The notes under the pieces: generated by a model | Databases searched by the model: none | Told to the model about the DNA's origin: nothing | Seen by the model: the letters and a program-made list of their open reading frames with translations, nothing else | Program-made: the position numbers and the translations under genes | Origin: Pirellulales bacterium | Lineage (GTDB): Bacteria; Planctomycetota; Planctomycetia; Pirellulales; UBA1268 | DNA length: 64,000 bases | Assembly: GCA_044376405.1 (NCBI GenBank) | Contig: JBILKZ010000001.1 | Location: 24,214 to 88,213 of the forward strand | Direction: 5' to 3' | Shown: positions 1 to 5,497 of the stretch, piece by piece | Layout of the letters: every line of letters begins with the position of its first letter | Numbering within the stretch: the stretch's first letter is position 1

Positions 1-1
1 C

Positions 2-202
2 GGCTTTTTTCTGTGCCTTGGAATCGGATGCCTTGTCGCCCAGTCCGTGCAAGTCTTCACCGTTGTTGGAGCGGCTTGGTGTGCGGCCGCTTTTGCCCGC
101 ATGATGTCTTATGCCGTTGATAGCAGCCGGACCGCGCATAATCTGGCCGGAGTGGGAGTCGAAGCAGGCATAGGCCTAGCAATGTTGGCAACGCTGCTCT
201 AA
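2..202 (+). CDS. partial CDS (C-terminal 66 aa), hydrophobic hypothetical protein, putative cassette ORF
   Basis: Frame open from the window edge (GFFLCLGIGCLVAQSVQVFTVVGAAW...GIGLAMLATLL*). The TAA stop at 200-202 lies inside attC-like site 1, as with the following cassette ORFs. Confidence 0.3.
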   Translation, partial: GFFLCLGIGCLVAQSVQVFTVVGAAWCAAAFARMMSYAVDSSRTAHNLAGVGVEAGIGLAMLATLL

Positions 203-284
203 CCACGCAATGCAGCGGACTCGCGATATAATCCGGCGGCGTGGTCCGCGTAAGGTCGCGAGCCGCTGATTGCTACCGTTCGGC
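197..284 (+). repeat. attC-like recombination site 1
   Basis: AAC 201-203 ... GTT 278-280. Arms are GCAAT-G-CAGCGG-A-CTCGCGA (207-226) and TCGCGAG-CCGCTG-ATTGC (256-273). The unpaired G and A are on the left arm. Confidence 0.55.
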
Positions 285-310
285 CCACCTGCTCTTTTGA
301 GTGTGCAATC

Positions 311-871
311 ATGATTTCCGAGGTTTCCGCGCGGGATCTTGGGAAGCTCCTGCCGTTGTGGAAGCAATATGCCGAGGCCCATGCCGTATATGACGACGCG
401 TTTCTTTTGCAGCAGGCGAGCGACGAGGCGATTCTTCAGTACCTAAGCGATGCTTGGATGGCTCCCGGTCATCATGTTTTTATCTGCAGCGAAGTGAATC
501 AGGTTGTCGGCTTTGTTCACTTTGCAACGGCCGATTTCCCGTTCCCACATAGGTCACTTCGACACGGCTTTATCGACGCGCTTTATGTTCATCCGTCGCG
601 ACGACTGCGGGGCATCGGTTCGATGCTCTTCAAGCATGTGAACGACTGGCTCGCAGAAAGATCGATCCACCGGATTCAGTTGTGTGTTGCGGCCGGTAAT
701 GCAGAGGCTTATCTGTTCTGGAAAAAGTTCGGCTTCGATGAACTCGTTATCACTATGAAGCAATCCGGCAAGGCACAAACAGAACAGAACAAAAGCGGAG
801 CCGAATGTGCCGTGGGACGTGAGGTGGCGAAGCCGAGTGCCGAACCAAGCGATGCAGCGGACTCGCGATAA
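311..871 (+). CDS. GNAT family N-acetyltransferase (cassette ORF)
   Basis: 186 aa. The GNAT motif A region is HGFIDALYVHPSRRLRGIGSMLF and the C-terminal part is NAEAYLFWKKFGFDE. The TAA stop at 869-871 lies inside attC-like site 2. Confidence 0.85.
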   Translation: MISEVSARDLGKLLPLWKQYAEAHAVYDDAFLLQQASDEAILQYLSDAWMAPGHHVFICSEVNQVVGFVHFATADFPFPHRSLRHGFIDALYVHPSRRLRGIGSMLFKHVNDWLAERSIHRIQLCVAAGNAEAYLFWKKFGFDELVITMKQSGKAQTEQNKSGAECAVGREVAKPSAEPSDAADSR

Positions 872-926
872 AATCGGTCCTGATGGAAAGTCCAAGGTCG
901 CGAGCCGCTGATCGCCACCGTTCTAG
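839..926 (+). repeat. attC-like recombination site 2
   Basis: AAC 843-845 ... GTT 920-922. Arms are GCGAT-G-CAGCGG-A-CTCGCGA (849-868) and TCGCGAG-CCGCTG-ATCGC (898-915). The architecture matches site 1, with GCAAT/ATTGC replaced by GCGAT/ATCGC. Confidence 0.55.
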
Positions 927-954
927 CGAACCATTGACCGTCCTCGGGTGATTG

Positions 955-1440
955 ATGAATCCAACCGTATACCTCGAAACAACGATCATCGGCTACCTCG
1001 CGATGCAGCCCAGCGGCGTCCTACGGATTGCTGCCAACCAGCAGACCACGCACGAGTGGTGGACGGGGCATCGCCATCGTTTTTCCGTATACGTCTCGCG
1101 ATTCGTGGTCGGCGAATGCGCGGCGGGTGATTCGGTCGCCGCGGCTGATCGCCTGCGTGTATTGGCCGAAGTGCCGCTATTGGAGGTCACGACGGATGCG
1201 GAATCACTTGCCGCGGCGTTGCTTGAAGAGGTGCCGCTGCCCCCAAAGGCAGCCACCGACGCCCTGCATATCGCGGTCGCGGCCGTCAACGGTGTCGAAT
1301 ATCTCCTGACCTGGAACTGCAGGCATATCGCCAACCCTGCCCTCAGGCCGCGAATCGAATCGGTTTGTCGTAGAATGGGGTTTGAGCCCCCTGTCATTTG
1401 CACCCCGCAGGAACTTCTGGAGATCGACGATGGAAACTGA
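955..1440 (+). CDS. PIN-like (VapC-type) toxin-like protein
   Basis: ATG at 955 (the track ORF begins at TTG 952). N-terminal VYLETTIIGYL and C-terminal DALHIAVAAVNGVEYLLTWNCRHIAN resemble a PIN nuclease fold. The gene overlaps its small downstream partner. Confidence 0.55.
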   Translation: MNPTVYLETTIIGYLAMQPSGVLRIAANQQTTHEWWTGHRHRFSVYVSRFVVGECAAGDSVAAADRLRVLAEVPLLEVTTDAESLAAALLEEVPLPPKAATDALHIAVAAVNGVEYLLTWNCRHIANPALRPRIESVCRRMGFEPPVICTPQELLEIDDGN

Positions 1441-1609
1441 TCCGGTCGTTGCCGAAGTGCGAGCGGTTCGCGAGCAGCTGGCTGCCCGTCTCGGGTTCCG
1501 GCTCCACGACATCGTCAAAGAAGCACAGCGGCAAGATGCTGCTGGCGACAGAAAAGTTGTCCGTCTCCCACCACGACGCCCAATCGCCGCGGCCGTAAAC
1601 TCGAAGTAG
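1430..1609 (+). CDS. small partner protein of the PIN-like gene (putative antitoxin)
   Basis: 59 aa (METDPVVAEVRAVREQLAARLGFRLHDIVKEAQRQ...). The ATG at 1430 overlaps the upstream stop (ATGGAAACTGA). The stop at 1607-1609 lies just before attC-like site 3. Confidence 0.45.
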   Translation: METDPVVAEVRAVREQLAARLGFRLHDIVKEAQRQDAAGDRKVVRLPPRRPIAAAVNSK

Positions 1610-1610
1610 C

Positions 1611-1690
1611 CAGAACCAGGCGCTGGATCAGACGGCGGATCAAGTCCAAAGGTAGGGCAGAATCGATGGTCTGCCGCTGATAGCCCCCGG
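1611..1690 (+). repeat. degenerate attC-like site 3
   Basis: GAAC at 1613-1616. Hairpin ATCAG-A-CGGCGGA (1627-1639) / TCTGCCG-CTGAT (1670-1681) has one bulged A. The loop shares AAGTCCAA(A)GGT with site 2. GGG occupies the position where the GTT core is expected. Confidence 0.35.
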
Positions 1691-2079
1691 GACTGTGCAC
1701 CCACAACCATCAACCAACCCTTCTGCATCACAACCAAACGGAAGATGTTGGATCTGTAGACCTGCGGTATAGGCCACGGCATCTGTGGCACGAAACATCC
1801 GAGGTGCACGACGGCATCGGACTGAGCGAGACTACCTCTTTCGCTATGGCCTCACCTCATCTCTGAGGGCTGCGGCCTGATCGACCTCCTGACTCGCTGG
1901 GGGATACTGGTTGGCAGCCAGAGCCTGTGGTGGATGTATTGGTCCCCGTCATCACACATGGCCAAACGTCGAAAGTGATCCAACCCTTCTACATCTCTAG
2001 TACACCTGGCACGGGAAAAAGCAAGATTTTTTTCATTCTGGTGTATCTCCTATTGCAGACCACATAGGAGATCCCAGCA

Positions 2080-2376
2080 ATGAAACCCACATATCAGCAC
2101 AAGAGCATTGGCCAATATCTTCAGCTCACCTACAGCCAGGTGAGAAACTGGCCATTCCATTCTGCGGAGCACCTGGCAGGTGAGTTGTGCAGCAGAGATG
2201 TGGCCCTGGTTGCTGGCCAATTCCTGGTGATCGGTATGGATCAGGATGGCATCCACTGCGGTGCCATCGACGGCCTGGCTGGGCTGGCCGATTTTCCGGC
2301 TGATTCCATGGTCATTTCATACGCAGAACTAGAAAGGGCTTTCTATGAGCAGCACCAAGAGTGGATTGAACGCTAA
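2080..2376 (+). CDS. hypothetical protein (first gene of low-GC three-gene module)
   Basis: 98-aa ORF in a roughly 50% GC block. It overlaps the next ORF by 32 nt and is preceded by a 9-bp inverted repeat at 2045-2072. Confidence 0.5.
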   Translation: MKPTYQHKSIGQYLQLTYSQVRNWPFHSAEHLAGELCSRDVALVAGQFLVIGMDQDGIHCGAIDGLAGLADFPADSMVISYAELERAFYEQHQEWIER

Positions 2377-2638
2377 TTTCTTCAACAAGAGCCAACTGAT
2401 CCGCGAAGTGTCTGGGGCGATGCCCGGAATGACAAATAAGCAAGTCAAGCAAATCATTCAGGAGCGTTTTGGAATCGAGGTCAAAAGCAACCTACTCATA
2501 GCTGTGCGGGGAAAAGAACGAACGCATAAGCTACTCGCTCCTGTAAGAGAAAAGCTGATTAGGCTTGGGCAGGAGTGGTTCGATCTGTGTTGCAAGGACA
2601 GAGGCTACTGCTCCGAATTGCTTCATCGATTCAAATGA
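2345..2638 (+). CDS. hypothetical small basic protein
   Basis: 97 aa, Lys/Arg-rich (NKSQLIREVSGAMPGMTNKQVKQIIQERFGIEV...). Its stop overlaps the next start (ATGA at 2635-2638). Confidence 0.5.
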   Translation: MSSTKSGLNANFFNKSQLIREVSGAMPGMTNKQVKQIIQERFGIEVKSNLLIAVRGKERTHKLLAPVREKLIRLGQEWFDLCCKDRGYCSELLHRFK

Positions 2639-3360
2639 AGAGCATCGGCGTGAATCAGTGGGCGGGTGCTGATACTTGGCTAGTAGAGGCGGCACATGAC
2701 CTCCAGCGAGTAGCTGATCAAGCACGACGACGTGCACAGGATCGTTGGAAACGCTTGGTACCCAGTGACAAGTTTTTCGAGCTGGCTCGGCAGAGATTTC
2801 GCATTCCGCAGCTATTTGGCGTGGCACCGGTCAGGTGGTACTACCAGATTGGTGATTGGACGCTGGCAGAGATCAGGCCAACCGCACTGCACGACGCCAA
2901 AGACTCAGCCACTTTTCTGGTGCACCTCCAGAGTCTGTATGTGGTCGATTCCATGCGTGGCCACGGGGAGGGCAAACGCGCACTGGCAGCAATCAAGCAA
3001 TTGGCCGAGGAGTGCAGCTGTGCGGTGACGCTGTTCGCCAAGTCATTCGCGTTCAGCAAAAACGACGACCTGCCCAACGCGGTGGAGACTTTTGACGAAC
3101 TTGTCCACGCATCGCTGGAGGAAATGTGGCCAGTTGTCTACCAGCCAGAGTGGGATATTGAGTGTCTGCGGTTCTTCTACGAAAGCTGCGGACTCACCAA
3201 CATCTGCTTGTACGGGCCATGGGTCTACCAAAGGCCCAAGGAAGAGGATCTACCATTCGACAGACACTTCATCTACCTGCCACAAAGCATGGATGCTGGG
3301 CACCGCAGCCAACTGGCTAATCGGTTGAATCCCGGCATGTGCAAATACTGCAACAGATAG
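2635..3360 (+). CDS. hypothetical protein with GNAT-like motif A
   Basis: ATG at 2635 is coupled to the upstream stop; 241 aa. The segment FLVHLQSLYVVDSMRGHGEGKRALAAIKQLAEE resembles the acetyl-CoA-binding beta4-alpha3 motif (R-x-x-G-x-G) of GNAT enzymes. The C-terminus is CKYCNR. Confidence 0.55.
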   Translation: MKSIGVNQWAGADTWLVEAAHDLQRVADQARRRAQDRWKRLVPSDKFFELARQRFRIPQLFGVAPVRWYYQIGDWTLAEIRPTALHDAKDSATFLVHLQSLYVVDSMRGHGEGKRALAAIKQLAEECSCAVTLFAKSFAFSKNDDLPNAVETFDELVHASLEEMWPVVYQPEWDIECLRFFYESCGLTNICLYGPWVYQRPKEEDLPFDRHFIYLPQSMDAGHRSQLANRLNPGMCKYCNR

Positions 3361-3565
3361 CTCGGGCTTATTGCGAGGCGGCCAGCCCGAATGATGTGTG
3401 GAGTGGCCGCAGGGCGAGGCCCACAGCCCATTTTTAAAATCCGAACGGATTCAGATCCACATTCATAAACTGAATTGAATTTGGAGTTGAGCCATCTGGT
3501 GGGTTCTGGCCTCCTTCTTCTGGACCACCGCCCGCCCGGTGGTGGGGTGCAGCGGGCCGCTGGCA

Positions 3566-3620
3566 AATGAAAAAACCATCCCTGAACGGCAGGACTCCGG
3601 AGCGTTCAGGGACTCTTTTC
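3566..3620. terminator. bidirectional intrinsic terminator-like hairpin
   Basis: 9-bp stem CCCTGAACG (3580-3588) / CGTTCAGGG (3603-3611), flanked by an A-run (3570-3575) and CTCTTTTC (3613-3620). Confidence 0.45.
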
Positions 3621-3690
3621 GAGACTCCTCATCCCGCGTCAGGACTCATTGTTGGTCGTCAGAGGGACTCATCTGAAGAGTCCAGACAAG

Positions 3691-3723
3691 CAAAAAGCCC
3701 CGGAAACACTTGGTTGCCGAGGC
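3691..3723 (-). terminator. intrinsic terminator downstream of tRNA-Val
   Basis: On the minus strand, the GCCTCGG...CCGGGGC hairpin (3697-3723) is followed by TTTTT (3692-3696). It lies 18 nt after the tRNA 3' end. Confidence 0.5.
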
Positions 3724-3740
3724 TTCGTGCGGAAGGGGAG

Positions 3741-3814
3741 TGGGCGATATAGGACTCGAACCTATGACCCCTAGCTTGTCGAGCTAGTGCTCTAACCAAC
3801 TGAGCTAATCGCCC
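3741..3814 (-). tRNA. tRNA-Val (anticodon GAC)
   Basis: Hand-folded cloverleaf: GGGCGAT-TA-GCTC-AGTTGGTTA-GAGC-A-CTAGC-TCGACAA-GCTAG-GGGTC-ATAGG-TTCGAGT-CCTAT-ATCGCCC-A. The 5' half resembles bacterial tRNA-Val. No CCA is encoded. Loop position 33 is C rather than U. Confidence 0.85.
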
Positions 3815-3896
3815 GCGAAATCACCACCACAGTGTTGCGCCCGATCGGCTGCCAGTCAAGCGAACGCATTGCCGCCCCTGACCGGGCGGCAGCCAG

Positions 3897-5333
3897 TCAT
3901 GCCAGCCAGTCGGTGATCACGCGGCCGTGCACGTCGGTGAGCCGGAAATCACGGCCGCTATGGCGGTAGGTGAGCTTCGTGTGGTCGAGGCCGAGCAGGT
4001 GAAGCATCGTCGCCTGCAGGTCGTGCACGTGCACTGGCTTCTCAACCGCTTTGAATCCAAGCTCGTCGGTGGCCCCATACACCGTGCCCGCCTTCACGCC
4101 GCCGCCGGCCATCCAGACAGTAAAACCGTGGTGGTTGTGGTCGCGGCCCGAGGGCTCCTTGACGCCCTGTTCGTTTGCCAGCTCAACAGTCGGCGTTCTG
4201 CCGAACTCGCCGCCCCACAGTACCAAGGTTGTGTCGAGCAGCCCGAGGCCGACGAGATCGTCGAGCAGGGCACCGATCGCCCGGTCGCATTCGCGTGCGA
4301 GCCTGCGATGGTTCTTCTCGATGTGTTCGTGGCTGTCCCACGGCTGGCCCTGGCCGTGCCAGAGCTGGACATACCGCACGCCCCGTTCGACGAGCCGCCG
4401 GGCGATGAGCATCTGCCGACCTTGCACGTCGTCGCCATAGCGGTCGCGGACATGCTTTGGCTCGCACGACACGTCAAAGGCCTCAGTCGCTTCCGACTGC
4501 ATCCTCCAGGCGAGTTCCATCGAGGCCAGCCGCGCCTCCAGCTGAGGATCATGTTGCCGCGCTTCGAGGTGGCGCCTGTCGAGGGCCGCTGTGAGGTCGA
4601 GCTGCCGCCGCTGCGTATCGCGGTCGAGCACGGGATGCCGCACATACTCGATGAGGTCCTCGACGAGGGTCTTCTTTGTGTCGATGTAGGTGCCCTGGAA
4701 AGCCCCCGGCAGGAAGGCACTCCGCCAGTTCTCCGTCTCCTTGATCGGATAGCCGCCGGGGCACATCGCCACGAAGCCGGGGAGATTTTGGTTCTCCGTG
4801 CCGAGGCCATAGGTCACCCACGCGCCGGCCGAAGGCCGGACCAGCCGCGCGTCGCCGCAGTTCATCAGCATCAGCGACGGCTCGTGATTTGGAACGTCGG
4901 CATGCATCGACCGCACGACGAGCAGCCGGTCGGCGTGGCGGGCCACGTGGGGAAAGAGGTCGCTCACCTCGAGGCCGCTCTCGCCGTGGCGGCTGAAAGC
5001 GAAGGGCGAAGGCAGGGCGGCCCCTGTCCGCCGCTCGGTGGCCAGCTTGTTGGGAATCTCCCGGCCGGCGTACTGCTCGAGCGCCACCTTGCGGTCGAAC
5101 GTGTCGAGATGGCTCGGGCCGCCGTTGGCGAAGATGTGGATCACGGCCCGGGCGCGGGCCGGGAAATGAGGAGGCCGCGGCGCCATCGACGTGGCCACCA
5201 CGGAGCCGGCCGACGCCGACTCCTGTTGCATGAGGGTCGCCGCCCCCAGCCAGCCGAGGCCCATGCCGGTGCGGGCGAGGGCCTCGCGACGGGTGAGTGG
5301 CAGTGGGTGGTGATTCGCGTGGGTCATATGCAT
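3897..5333 (-). CDS. DUF1501 domain-containing protein (sulfatase-like, Tat signal)
   Basis: 478 aa. Twin-arginine signal LTRREALARTGMGLGWLGAA. C-terminal WGGEFGRTP...GRDHN motif. Lies downstream of a PSCyt/DUF1553 gene, the canonical planctomycete pair. Confidence 0.85.
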   Translation of the reverse strand: MHMTHANHHPLPLTRREALARTGMGLGWLGAATLMQQESASAGSVVATSMAPRPPHFPARARAVIHIFANGGPSHLDTFDRKVALEQYAGREIPNKLATERRTGAALPSPFAFSRHGESGLEVSDLFPHVARHADRLLVVRSMHADVPNHEPSLMLMNCGDARLVRPSAGAWVTYGLGTENQNLPGFVAMCPGGYPIKETENWRSAFLPGAFQGTYIDTKKTLVEDLIEYVRHPVLDRDTQRRQLDLTAALDRRHLEARQHDPQLEARLASMELAWRMQSEATEAFDVSCEPKHVRDRYGDDVQGRQMLIARRLVERGVRYVQLWHGQGQPWDSHEHIEKNHRRLARECDRAIGALLDDLVGLGLLDTTLVLWGGEFGRTPTVELANEQGVKEPSGRDHNHHGFTVWMAGGGVKAGTVYGATDELGFKAVEKPVHVHDLQATMLHLLGLDHTKLTYRHSGRDFRLTDVHGRVITDWLA

Positions 5334-5497
5334 TGTCTTCCATCAAGCGTACCGCGCCGCCGGGACGGCAGAAGTTTCGTCGCGGTGGATTTGTCTCCTT
5401 CCACGACCTACGACAGCACATTCCTCAGAAGGTCGACAAATCCAAAAGCTCCTCAAGCTTCCGCCGATCCCGGCTCACGTCTTTGTTTCTTGATCGA

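Larger units (their letters stand above)
1..1700 (+). mobile_element. integron-type gene-cassette array, distal part (no intI/attI inside the window)
   Basis: Three related imperfect palindromes (197-284, 839-926, 1611-1690) each sit at or just after the stop codon of small, unrelated, same-strand ORFs. The first two have AAC...GTT ends exactly 80 bp apart, two bulged bases on the ORF-proximal arm, and a compensatory base-pair change between copies. Confidence 0.55.

Noticed and set aside
1714-1995. 16-bp direct repeats CCAACCCTTCT[G/A]CATC at 1714-1729 and 1980-1995 as possible att/target-site duplications
   Set aside because: The match is 15/16 and only marginally unexpected at this distance. 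Nothing mobile is enclosed (about 250 bp with no ORF), and there is no relation to the tRNA 3' end sequence.
3549-3563. GCAGCGG-G-CCGCTGG palindrome reusing the CAGCGG/CCGCTG arms of the attC-like sites (a possible collapsed attC ending a fourth cassette)
   Set aside because: Only 6+6 nt are involved, there are no AAC/GTT flanks and no CTCGCGA inner stem, and such GC-rich 13-mers are expected by chance. It is kept only as a weak hint.
1-3740. Classic tRNA-integrated genomic island or prophage
   Set aside because: No integrase, excisionase, transposase or phage structural gene is present, and I found no direct repeat of the tRNA-Val 3' end. The accessory nature is supported only by GC drop, the attC-like sites and gene content.
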